64,000 bases of DNA. Origin: an uncultured Candidatus Saccharibacteria bacterium. Its GTDB lineage: Bacteria > Patescibacteriota > Minisyncoccia > Phycocordibacterales > DATDWN01. The notes under the pieces are model-generated. The model did no database searches, was not told the DNA's origin, and saw nothing but the letters and a program-made list of their open reading frames with translations. The DNA lies in contig CAZRVD010000002.1 in the NCBI GenBank assembly GCA_964603545.1, forward strand, positions 46,854 to 110,853. The letters are read 5' to 3'. The position numbers were made by a program, and so were the translations under genes. Every line of letters begins with the position of its first letter. The first letter of the stretch is position 1. Shown here piece by piece: positions 33,879 through 43,063 of the stretch.

Positions 33879-34820
33879 CTATCTATTATGAAACTTTTTA
33901 TGAATATCCCTCAGATGTTTATCTGTTACGTGTGTGTATATTTGAGTAGTAATGATACTTGAATGACCTAAAAGAGCTTGCACGGAACGAAGATCTGCAC
34001 CGTTGGAGAGTAGATCGGTAGCAAAAAGGTGTCGCATTGTATGAGGAGTAACTTTTTTGGAAATACCCGCTTTTGTAGCGTGTTTTTTAATTATTCTTTC
34101 AATTGACCTGTTTGTTAGAGGTTTAGCCTCTTTTGTTGCGATTTTCCCATCATTTGATTTTTTATTTTTAGATTCTTTGGCTATTTGAACAAAAAGAGCA
34201 TCGCTCATATCCTTACGAGCCGAAAGGTAAGCCCTGACACTTTTTTTTGCTTCATCTGAAATAAAAACCACGCGAACTTTACCTCCTTTTCCTCGAATAG
34301 AAAGTTCATCTGTACTTAAATCTATGTCTGAAGTTAGAGAACAAAGTTCAGAAACACGCAGTCCTGTAGAAAATAGGAGTTCTAGTACAGCCTTATCTCT
34401 CAAGTCTCTTAAGTCATTGCCATCTGGAGACTGTAACAGACGAGTTAGTTCTGCATGGGTAATAAGGTCAAGAGAACGCTCTCCGACTTTGGCCAATTCT
34501 ATACGTTCTGCTGATAAAGACTTTATTTCTTGCCTTGCTAGATATTTTAAAAATGCCCTTAGAGCAATTAGATAATAATTTTGGGTCTTTTTTGAAAGTG
34601 TTTCGGTTTTTATTTTACTCTGGCCAGTTAGTTGCCTGTTAAGCCACAAACGAAACTCACGAACTGAGTCTCCGGTAATTTTAGCGGGGTCGTCATTTTT
34701 GGAATAATCTAAAAATCGAGTCAAATAATGGTCATAATTCTCAACTGTTTTCAGGGATCGACCTCTTTCTATCTCAATATATTCCAGAAACTGCTGTTTT
34801 AGTTGTTTTAGGGAAGCCAT
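33879..34820 (-). CDS. Tyrosine site-specific recombinase XerC/XerD-like
   Basis: 313 aa. C-terminal catalytic motifs HTMRHLFATDLL...LLGHSSIITTQIYTHV. Confidence 0.85.
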   Translation of the reverse strand: MASLKQLKQQFLEYIEIERGRSLKTVENYDHYLTRFLDYSKNDDPAKITGDSVREFRLWLNRQLTGQSKIKTETLSKKTQNYYLIALRAFLKYLARQEIKSLSAERIELAKVGERSLDLITHAELTRLLQSPDGNDLRDLRDKAVLELLFSTGLRVSELCSLTSDIDLSTDELSIRGKGGKVRVVFISDEAKKSVRAYLSARKDMSDALFVQIAKESKNKKSNDGKIATKEAKPLTNRSIERIIKKHATKAGISKKVTPHTMRHLFATDLLSNGADLRSVQALLGHSSIITTQIYTHVTDKHLRDIHKKFHNR

Positions 34821-34910
34821 TTAAACAAAATTATAACATAGTATGTCGCACAATATCGAACACTGGAACCCCTTGCAAATGGCTGTCTTTTGTGATATCC
34901 TGTTGGGACA

Positions 34911-35180
34911 ATGCTTACAAAGACAAAGAAATCAAAAATCGTCAAAGAGGTACAAGTACACGCAACTGACACTGGTTCTCCAGAGGTTCAGATCGCTATT
35001 TTGACTAAAAGGATTGACGAATTAGCAAGCCACCTTAAGAAAAATGCAAAAGATAATCACTCTCGAAGAGGATTACTACAAATGGTTGCAAGTCGAAAGA
35101 CTCACATGAAGTATCTAGAGAAAAAGAATCCAAAGAGATTCAACGCCCTAAACAAGAAACTAGGTTTGAAGAGCAAGTAA
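34911..35180 (+). CDS. rpsO: 30S ribosomal protein S15
   Basis: 89 aa. The motif DNHSRRGLLQMVASRK is typical of S15. Confidence 0.9.
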   Translation: MLTKTKKSKIVKEVQVHATDTGSPEVQIAILTKRIDELASHLKKNAKDNHSRRGLLQMVASRKTHMKYLEKKNPKRFNALNKKLGLKSK

Positions 35181-35395
35181 AATAAACCCATCTGCGTTGT
35201 TGTGTTTCAATTTTGCTCGTTCACCGTACTAGATGTACGACTCACTCACAAAATCTCACACGCCTAGCACCTGGGCTTATTTTCCTCACTCTTAGAAACT
35301 TATCTCCTTCAATTTTTGGTTTTGAATATACTAGTAAGCATTGTGATACAATTAAGGAAGGTCGAATTTTAATAATTTAGAAATAATTTTTACAT

Positions 35396-35950
35396 ATGTC
35401 AGTTATAAAACACAAAGATCAACGAGTTGGTATTTTTATCGATACACAGAACCTATACCATTCAGCAAAAAACATTTACAACACTAGAGTAAACTTTGAC
35501 CAGGTGGTTAAAGACGGTCTAGCGGGAAGACAACTTATTCGTGCGGTAGCTTATGTTATCACTACAGAAGCAGGGGATGAGAAAAACTTTTTCGAAGCTC
35601 TGGGAAAAATGGGGATTGAAACAAAAACAAAAAACCTTCAGATTTTTTCTGGAGGAGCTAAAAAGGCAGACTGGGATGTCGGGCTTGCGGTAGATGCCAT
35701 AAAACTTGCCCCAAAACTAGATGCAATAATTTTAGTCACGGGAGATGGAGATTTCGTACCACTAGTAGAATACCTTCAAGTAAACGAAGGTTGCCAAGTA
35801 GAAGTAATGTCCTTTGGTAAATCTTCCTCAAGTAGACTAATAGAAGTCTGTGATGATTTTATTGATCTCGATCTACACCCAGAAAAATATCTCCTAGGTT
35901 TCGGTGGGGGCAAAAGAAATCGCAGAGTACCAAGAACCATTCCGAAATAG
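35396..35950 (+). CDS. NYN/LabA-like domain protein (PIN-like nuclease fold)
   Basis: 184 aa. RVGIFIDTQNLYHS...ILVTGDGDFVPLV matches LabA/NYN (DUF88). Confidence 0.7.
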   Translation: MSVIKHKDQRVGIFIDTQNLYHSAKNIYNTRVNFDQVVKDGLAGRQLIRAVAYVITTEAGDEKNFFEALGKMGIETKTKNLQIFSGGAKKADWDVGLAVDAIKLAPKLDAIILVTGDGDFVPLVEYLQVNEGCQVEVMSFGKSSSSRLIEVCDDFIDLDLHPEKYLLGFGGGKRNRRVPRTIPK

Positions 35951-35969
35951 TTTTTAAATCAAGGGGATT

Positions 35970-36884
35970 TTGTTACAATGTGTAAGAATGAATCCTGAAG
36001 AAAATTTAAAAAATAATACGGAGAAAAGTAAACCGGAAGAAAGAGTGCCTATTAAATCCCTACGAACTTATCAGGGGGATGTGCAAGAAGCCATAGAAAA
36101 AAACAAATATTCCTCAACAACAATTCTAGTTTCTGAGCAAAAAAGAAAACTAGAAAGTCCCATTGATCCAGAGAAAGCAAATCAAATTAATAAAAACAGA
36201 AATAAAACTTTTGTTCTGTTGGGTGTAGCTTTTATAGTGCTAGGTTTAGTTTCCATCTCAACTCTTTATTACATCAAATCAAACGAAAAAGTTAATATAG
36301 AAAAACAAACAAAAAGCATAATAACTTTTTCTGAAGAAAGAACCGTAGAGACAACAAACCAGACCAAGGAAGATTTTATAAATAAAATATTGGAAGATAA
36401 AAGTAGTTGGAATATGGCGGTTAATTCTGTCCTATATTTAAATATACTGTCAGAAACAACGGAAGCAAGAATTGAAAATGTTTTATCTCTCTTATCACCA
36501 AATATGCCGCCGTCTTTAGTAAGATCTTTTGGAGAGAAATATATGTTCGGAGTTTATTCTTTTGATACAAACGAGCCGTTTATAATTTTAAATGTTAATG
36601 ATTTTTCACTAGCTTATCCAGGAATGCTGAAATGGGAAAAAGATATGGTAACAGACTTGGGAGGTTTGTTCGGCGTAATTGATAGTGGGAACGCTAGCAC
36701 AAGTGTTCCTGTATTTACAGATGAAACTATAAAAAACAAGGACATTAGAATAGCCAAGGATTCTTCAGGAAATCCTCTCTTCCTTTACTCTTTTGTGGAC
36801 AGAAAAACACTAATAATTACCAAAAATCAAAACATCTTGTCAGCTCTGGTTGATAAATTAATCATAAACAAGCAGGTAAGATAG
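35970..36884 (+). CDS. Hypothetical membrane protein
   Basis: 304 aa with a single TM (TFVLLGVAFIVLGLVSISTLYYI). No recognisable domain. Confidence 0.45.
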   Translation: MLQCVRMNPEENLKNNTEKSKPEERVPIKSLRTYQGDVQEAIEKNKYSSTTILVSEQKRKLESPIDPEKANQINKNRNKTFVLLGVAFIVLGLVSISTLYYIKSNEKVNIEKQTKSIITFSEERTVETTNQTKEDFINKILEDKSSWNMAVNSVLYLNILSETTEARIENVLSLLSPNMPPSLVRSFGEKYMFGVYSFDTNEPFIILNVNDFSLAYPGMLKWEKDMVTDLGGLFGVIDSGNASTSVPVFTDETIKNKDIRIAKDSSGNPLFLYSFVDRKTLIITKNQNILSALVDKLIINKQVR

Positions 36885-36922
36885 ACGATTGCATATAAGA
36901 CCATTTTTGCTACAATGGACTT

Positions 36923-37279
36923 ATGACAATAGACACAAACTACTTCAAAAGTTTACTTGCGAAAGAAGCTTCTGACCTGGAAAGCCAGTTGGCGAATTTA
37001 GGTAGAAAAAATCCAGACCGCGCTGGAGACTGGGAAACTATTAGAAAGGCAAATGGATTAGACAAGGCAGATGACTTAGAAGTTGCAGATGGAATTGAAG
37101 AGTTTGAAAACAACAACGCGGTGTTGGGACAACTAGAATTAAAATTAGTGGATGTTAAAGAAGCCTTGGCTAAAATAGAAGCAGGAACGTATGGAAATTG
37201 TGGTGTTTGTGGGAAGGAAATAGAAGAGGACAGACTAGAAGCGAACCCTTCCGCTAAAACTTGCAAATTACATATGTAA
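36923..37279 (+). CDS. DksA/TraR-family C4 zinc-finger protein
   Basis: 118 aa. Coiled-coil N-terminus plus C-terminal CGVCGKEI...CKLH. Confidence 0.7.
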   Translation: MTIDTNYFKSLLAKEASDLESQLANLGRKNPDRAGDWETIRKANGLDKADDLEVADGIEEFENNNAVLGQLELKLVDVKEALAKIEAGTYGNCGVCGKEIEEDRLEANPSAKTCKLHM

Positions 37280-37298
37280 GGGTTAGAGTACCTGCCAT

Positions 37299-38846
37299 AT
37301 GGCGGTATCTAAAATATACTCAGCTCAGGCAACACTACTTTCGGCTCAAATCATAGATTTAGAGGTGGATCTCTCTCGAGGGCTCCACTCTTTTTCTATA
37401 GTAGGACTTGGGGACAAGTCCGTGGATGAGGCAAAGGACCGAGTATCATCGGCCATTAAAAACTCTGGATGGAAATCGCCGAAAAATAAAAACCAGAAAG
37501 TTGTAGTGTCTCTTGCCCCAGCAGATGTTAAAAAAGAAGGTCCAATTTTTGACCTACCTATTGCACTGGCATACCTCATTGCCTCAGAAGACATAAAAGC
37601 AGAAACGGAAAATAGACTTTTTATTGGAGAGTTATCACTAGACGGAAAGCTTCGACCAGTAAAAGGGGTCCTCCCTATAACACAAAAAGCAAAGAAAAAT
37701 GGATTTAAAGAAATATTCTTACCTGTCGAAAACGCTGAAGAAGCTGGGAATATCGAGGGTATAAAAGTTTTTGGTGCAGAAAGTTTACTTGATGTTGTTA
37801 AACATATAAATATAAAAGAAATTGAAATGGAGGGTTTTTCTAAAACTGAATTGATTGAACACATAAACAAAAAAGTAAAGAAGGTTAAAAAAGAAATAGA
37901 AATAGACTTTGCAGATATAAAAGGTCAAGAATCTGCAAAAAGGGGGCTAGAAATCGCTGCAGCTGGTGGACACAACATCATAATGTATGGACCACCGGGA
38001 ACAGGAAAGACTATGCTAGCTAAAGCATTCTCGCATTTACTACCCGATCTTTCTTTTGAAGAAAAACTGGAAGTAACTTCTATTTATTCTATTGGTGGAA
38101 TGCTTATGGATGGAATAATAAATGAGGCACCCTTTCGTTCGCCACACCACACTGCGTCATATGTATCTCTTGTTGGTGGTGGAGCAAATTTAAAACCCGG
38201 TGAAGTAACCTTGGCACATAAGGGAGTTTTGTTTATGGATGAATTTCCAGAATTTGATAAAAAAGTTTTGGAATCTTTGAGACAACCACTTGAAGATAGG
38301 GTTGTTACGGTATCTCGGGCAAAAGGTTCTGTGCGTTATCCTGCGCATTTTATACTAGTAGCAACAATGAATCCTTGTCCCTGCGGAAATTATGGAGTGA
38401 AAGGTAAGGAGTGTGTCTGCTCAGCGCCCGCAATAGAGAAATATAGAAGAAAACTTTCTGGGCCGATAATGGACAGAATTGACTTGTGGGTAGAGGTTTC
38501 AAAAGTTGAGTATGAAAAATTAACAGATGGCAGAGAACTTCACGAAGGAACAGAAAAAATAAAACCAAGAGTAGAGAAGGCTCGAAAACTCCAAGAAAAA
38601 AGATTTTCTAAACTTAAAATCAAAACAAATGCGGAGCTTTCCTCAAAAGATTTAGTGAAGACGGTTCCACTTTCAGAAAAAGTTAAAGAATTACTAAATG
38701 AATCAGCAAAAAAGTTAGATCTCTCTGCTCGTTCCTACCACCGCATTATAAAACTTGCCAGAACAATCGCCGACCTAGAAGGCGTTCCTAATATTTCCGA
38801 AAATCACATACTCGAAGCTCTACAATACAGACCTAAAAAATACTAA
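37299..38846 (+). CDS. comM: YifB/ComM-family Mg-chelatase-like AAA+ ATPase
   Basis: 515 aa. N-terminal Lon-like domain, Walker A GPPGTGKTMLAK, and the Cys cluster CPCGNYG...C. Confidence 0.85.
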   Translation: MAVSKIYSAQATLLSAQIIDLEVDLSRGLHSFSIVGLGDKSVDEAKDRVSSAIKNSGWKSPKNKNQKVVVSLAPADVKKEGPIFDLPIALAYLIASEDIKAETENRLFIGELSLDGKLRPVKGVLPITQKAKKNGFKEIFLPVENAEEAGNIEGIKVFGAESLLDVVKHINIKEIEMEGFSKTELIEHINKKVKKVKKEIEIDFADIKGQESAKRGLEIAAAGGHNIIMYGPPGTGKTMLAKAFSHLLPDLSFEEKLEVTSIYSIGGMLMDGIINEAPFRSPHHTASYVSLVGGGANLKPGEVTLAHKGVLFMDEFPEFDKKVLESLRQPLEDRVVTVSRAKGSVRYPAHFILVATMNPCPCGNYGVKGKECVCSAPAIEKYRRKLSGPIMDRIDLWVEVSKVEYEKLTDGRELHEGTEKIKPRVEKARKLQEKRFSKLKIKTNAELSSKDLVKTVPLSEKVKELLNESAKKLDLSARSYHRIIKLARTIADLEGVPNISENHILEALQYRPKKY

Positions 38847-38918
38847 AAATTTAAAATCTGAGTGAATCCGAAATGAAAATGCTGAGTATTTCTGAGAATT
38901 TTTGTTCGAGTTGTAATA

Positions 38919-39040
38919 AAACTTTCACAATTTGTGCTAAATCCGATGTGAGAAATTAAAAATGTGAGAAGCCTTATTAGACATAAGGTGACGAGTATTT
39001 TTAATTTTGGAACGAGGAGTTAGCCAAATTTGAAAATTTT
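38919..39040 (-). repeat. Post-stop structured repeat, copy B (begins at stop of M23 peptidase gene)
   Basis: Sense strand reads TAA-AATTTTCAAATTTGGCTAACTCCTCGTTCCAAAATTAAAAATACTCGTCACC-[CCTTAT GTCTA ATAAGG]-CTTCTCACATTTTTAATTTCTCACATCGGATTTAGCACAAATTGTGAAAGTTT. Confidence 0.85.
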
Positions 39041-40136
39041 AGAATGGGTTGCGGGCGCCACGAATCTCAAAATGTACATGCACCCCAGTACTCTTACCTG
39101 TTGATCCCATCTTTCCTATGATCTGACCTTGATTGACTCTGTCTCCAGGACTAACTGCTAAGCTACTCAAGTGTCCGTACAATGTTTGTGTACCGTTTCC
39201 ATGTTTAATAACTACATAGGTACCATAACCGCCATTCCAACCAACTCTAGCAATAATAACTTCGCCAGAAGCTGAAGCTAGAACATTCGCACCATAGCTG
39301 GATGCTAAATCTACTCCGTTATGACCATGGATACCTTGAGTTTTAATACCACCGACAATCGGTCTCATGTAATAACCGCTGTATGTTGGCCCCCCACTAG
39401 TTCCCGCACTAGTCCTTCTTGTTCCAGCTGAAACAGGGGCAGCCTCGCCATCTGGAACTACAATCACATCTCCAACAACAAGCTTGGAATTTTTGGTTAA
39501 GTTATTGTACTGCATTATTTCGTCCAAATCTCCCTTGTGCAGTTTTGCAATAGCTTGAAGGGTATCGCCCGATTTTACAACGTGTTGTACTCCTGAAATA
39601 GGTAAAATTACTAGAGTTTGCCCTAAAGTAAGTTTGTCACTTTTTAAATCATTGCCCCATTTAATAGTATTTACAGAAACTCCGAACATTTTAGCAATAA
39701 TTGGTAATGTATCTCCCTGGCGAACAACATAAACACTAATCTGCTCATCGTCTATAGTTTTGGAGTCTGCAATTGCCTGAGTTTCGGAAGAAATATAAAC
39801 ATCGTCAACAATAGAAAGCTCTCCCGTGGTAGAAGATGAGTTTTGGTTTGGAGAAAGTGTTGCCTGAAGTAGAGCAATATTCTGTGAGTTTGAAGAAACG
39901 ATCTCTTCAGCCTCTGCTTTGCTCCCCCCAGAAAAACAAGATTTTATATCAAAAATCCCACAAGCAGAAGCTGTGAGTGGAAATAGAAACAAAGACAAAA
40001 TAGCCGGATTAATGGCTAAAACAGACACTATTTTCACCACATTCTTAGTAGATCCCACCTGACGACACTTTTTGTAAAATGTTGACGAGGTGATTTTAAG
40101 ACCTGACTGGGAATGAGGATCTTGTGTAGACCTCAA
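39039..40136 (-). CDS. M23-family metallopeptidase with two LysM domains
   Basis: LysM repeats YVVRQGDTLPIIAKMFGVSVNTI and HVVKSGDTLQAIAKLH. M23 catalytic region HNGVDLA...GTYVVIKHGNG..TLYGHL...GSTGKSTGVHVHFE. The start is uncertain; the N-terminal 50 aa look atypical and a downstream GTG may be the true start. Confidence 0.85.
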   Translation of the reverse strand: MRSTQDPHSQSGLKITSSTFYKKCRQVGSTKNVVKIVSVLAINPAILSLFLFPLTASACGIFDIKSCFSGGSKAEAEEIVSSNSQNIALLQATLSPNQNSSSTTGELSIVDDVYISSETQAIADSKTIDDEQISVYVVRQGDTLPIIAKMFGVSVNTIKWGNDLKSDKLTLGQTLVILPISGVQHVVKSGDTLQAIAKLHKGDLDEIMQYNNLTKNSKLVVGDVIVVPDGEAAPVSAGTRRTSAGTSGGPTYSGYYMRPIVGGIKTQGIHGHNGVDLASSYGANVLASASGEVIIARVGWNGGYGTYVVIKHGNGTQTLYGHLSSLAVSPGDRVNQGQIIGKMGSTGKSTGVHVHFEIRGARNPF

Positions 40137-40314
40137 AATAAGCTAAAATTTAATTTAAATTCAGAACTCCTGTATTATTATATGGCTTAACAAAGCCATA
40201 TAATTCGGCAACATTTCCGTACTAATTTATTATATATCCTGCAAAGACCTGGTCAATAGAGGTTATGAACAGGTCACAAATCTAGGTTTTTAACAAATGC
40301 TATAATCAGACCCA

Positions 40315-42255
40315 ATGGATTATTTAAAAACTCTTAATTCCGAGCAGAAAAAAGCTGTTTTGGCGACTGAAGGACCCGTTCTCATCGTTGCAGGAGCTGG
40401 GGCGGGCAAAACAAAAACCATAACCCATCGTATTTTACACCTTATTTATAGCGGGGTAAGACCAGAAAACGTACTGGCTATTACCTTTACAAACAAAGCT
40501 GCTAGGGAAATGCGAGAGAGAGTTCTTGATTTAATGAAAATAGACCCAAAACTTTCACACTTACGAAGTGGGATACCTTTTATGAGCACTTTTCACTCAC
40601 TTGGTGTGCAAATAATAAAAGAAAACGCTGAACTTCTAAAACTGCCTAGACATTTTACTATTTTTGATACTGCCGACTCCAAAAAAGCCTTAAAAGAGTC
40701 CATAATCTCGGTTGGTGTTGACCCAAAAGAGTATTTAGATAAAGTCAGACACGTAATATCAAAGGAAAAAGGCAGAGGGGTTGATTTTTCTGAATATTCG
40801 GAGAAAGGAAGTTTTGATTTTACCTCGGAGTTAACAAAAAAGGCTTGGGAAAAATACGAGGAGACACTTAAAAGGGAAAAAGCCCTAGATTTTGATGATT
40901 TACTACTTAAAACATTAAAACTCTTAAAAAAATACCCTGATGTTTTAGAAAAGTATCAAAACCGCTTCCAATATATCCACGTAGATGAATACCAGGACAC
41001 AAACAAGGTTCAAAACGATATTGTAGAGTTTTTGACAGACAAACATCAAAACATATGCGTGGTGGGAGATACCGACCAAAATATATACAGCTGGAGAGGA
41101 GCAGAAATAAAAAACATGCTCCATTTTGAAAAGACATACCCAAACACTCAAACTTTTTTCCTTGAACAGAATTACCGTTCAACTAAAAACATTCTGGCTG
41201 TTGCAAATGAAATAATAGAAAAAAACAATTTTCGTATACCAAAAAAACTTTTTACTGAAAACAAGGATGGAGAAAAAATTTCTGTGTTTGAAGGTAGAAG
41301 TGAAGTAGATGAAGCTCAGTTTATAGCCTTAAAATCAAAAAATTTGATAGAAAGTGGAGTAAAACCTGAAGATATTGCGGTGTTATATAGAGCCAACTTC
41401 CAATCTAGGGTCTTGGAAGATGCCTTTTTAGCCTTTGGAGTAAGCTACCAGATGCTCGGAACAAAGTTTTTTGAAAGAAAAGAGGTTAAGGATGTTATTA
41501 GTTTTATAAAAGCTTCACTAAACACAGACTCCACGACCGACTTACTGCGAATTATAAATATCCCGCCCAGAGGAATAGGTAAAACAACGATTCAGAAAAT
41601 AATTGAAGGAAGAGAAGCTGAACTACCAGAAAAAACTAAAGAAAAAATTTTGGAATTTAAAAAACTTCTATCTAGAATAAAAAACGCTCTGCTTACCCAA
41701 AAAACTAGCGAGGCAGTAAAGTTTGTTATTAAAACAACTGGCATGGAAGACCTTTATAATACTGGGTTAGAAGAGGACACGGAAAGATTAGAGAACATTA
41801 TGGAACTTGTCTCTCTTGCTTCTGGTTATGATGAGAACTCCCCTGAAGATGGTGTTGAAAAATTTTTAACAGATAGTAGTTTGGCATCTGACCAAGATTC
41901 ACTGGATGGAGAAAAAAGTGGTGTAAAACTTATGACGGTACACTCTTCCAAGGGATTAGAATTCGATTATGTATTCGTATCTGGCCTGGAAGCAGATCTT
42001 TTTCCACACAGAAGAATGGGAGAAAAAAAATCTGGAGAAGACAATGAGGAAGAAAGAAGACTTTTTTATGTTGCTATAACTCGAGCAGGTAAAAAACTTT
42101 TTTTGACTTGGGCTGTCACACGTACTATATTTGGGACAAGAGAAATCAATTCTCCTTCTGAGTTCTTAGATGATATTCCAGAAAAGTACACAGAAAAAGA
42201 GTCGTATGAAGGAAGTGAAGCTCCTAGAAAACCGTTATTCAGCATAGATTTCTGA
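40315..42255 (+). CDS. pcrA: ATP-dependent DNA helicase, UvrD/PcrA family
   Basis: 646 aa. Motif I AGAGAGKTKT, motif II VDEYQDTN, motif VI VAITRAGKKL. Confidence 0.9.
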   Translation: MDYLKTLNSEQKKAVLATEGPVLIVAGAGAGKTKTITHRILHLIYSGVRPENVLAITFTNKAAREMRERVLDLMKIDPKLSHLRSGIPFMSTFHSLGVQIIKENAELLKLPRHFTIFDTADSKKALKESIISVGVDPKEYLDKVRHVISKEKGRGVDFSEYSEKGSFDFTSELTKKAWEKYEETLKREKALDFDDLLLKTLKLLKKYPDVLEKYQNRFQYIHVDEYQDTNKVQNDIVEFLTDKHQNICVVGDTDQNIYSWRGAEIKNMLHFEKTYPNTQTFFLEQNYRSTKNILAVANEIIEKNNFRIPKKLFTENKDGEKISVFEGRSEVDEAQFIALKSKNLIESGVKPEDIAVLYRANFQSRVLEDAFLAFGVSYQMLGTKFFERKEVKDVISFIKASLNTDSTTDLLRIINIPPRGIGKTTIQKIIEGREAELPEKTKEKILEFKKLLSRIKNALLTQKTSEAVKFVIKTTGMEDLYNTGLEEDTERLENIMELVSLASGYDENSPEDGVEKFLTDSSLASDQDSLDGEKSGVKLMTVHSSKGLEFDYVFVSGLEADLFPHRRMGEKKSGEDNEEERRLFYVAITRAGKKLFLTWAVTRTIFGTREINSPSEFLDDIPEKYTEKESYEGSEAPRKPLFSIDF

Positions 42256-42270
42256 AATAAGCCTAAAAAC

Positions 42271-43062
42271 ATGTTAAAAAAGAAATCACTTGGTCAAAAT
42301 TTTCTAAAATCTCCTAAAGTGGTTAGTGATATTATTTCTGCTGGAAAAGTAAAGGGTAATGACACAGTACTCGAGATAGGTCCAGGTGAAGGAGTAATGA
42401 CCACCGAACTTTTAAAAACTGGAGCAAACGTGATTTGTATTGAGAAAGACGATAGATTAATACCAATACTTCAAAACAAATTTTCAAAAGAAATAGCTTT
42501 AGGACAACTTATACTTATTCACGAAGATATCTTAAAACTTAATCTCCCGAAATCCGACTTCAGTAAAAAAGGGGGATATAAAGTAGTAGCTAATATTCCT
42601 TACTACATTACAGGACAAATAATTCGAATGTTTCTAGAAAGTGAGAATAAACCGACTTCAATGACTCTACTGGTTCAAAAAGAAGTTGCGGAAAGAATTG
42701 TTGCGAGAGATAAAAAGGAAAGCTTACTCTCTCTTTCTGTAAAAGTTTTTGGTGATCCAAAAATTATAAGAGTTGTGGGTAGGGGCGCATTTAATCCAGC
42801 GCCGAATGTAGACTCAGCTGTGATAAACATAGAAAATATTTCGAAAGAAAAACTTGATAAACTTAATCCAAAATTTTTCTTTGAAGTTATTCATGCTGGA
42901 TTTGCTCATAAAAGAAAACAGCTACTGCCAAACCTCGCAAATAATTTTGAAAAAGAAAAAATCGTAAAGGCTTTTGAAGATTTGGAAATGGATTTGAAAA
43001 TACGTGCAGAAGATGTTTCATTAGAGAAATGGATAAAACTCGCCAAATTACTTACAAAATAA
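42271..43062 (+). CDS. rsmA: 16S rRNA (adenine1518/1519-N6)-dimethyltransferase
   Basis: 263 aa. LGQNFL...VLEIGPGEG...ANIPYYIT are the KsgA/Dim1 signatures. Confidence 0.9.
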   Translation: MLKKKSLGQNFLKSPKVVSDIISAGKVKGNDTVLEIGPGEGVMTTELLKTGANVICIEKDDRLIPILQNKFSKEIALGQLILIHEDILKLNLPKSDFSKKGGYKVVANIPYYITGQIIRMFLESENKPTSMTLLVQKEVAERIVARDKKESLLSLSVKVFGDPKIIRVVGRGAFNPAPNVDSAVINIENISKEKLDKLNPKFFFEVIHAGFAHKRKQLLPNLANNFEKEKIVKAFEDLEMDLKIRAEDVSLEKWIKLAKLLTK

Positions 43063-43063
43063 T

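Noticed and set aside
33879-34820. Calling the XerC/D-like recombinase a phage integrase marking a prophage
   Set aside because: The C-terminal motifs match chromosomal Xer dimer-resolution recombinases, and no phage structural genes are nearby. I note it only as context for the tRNA-flanked region.
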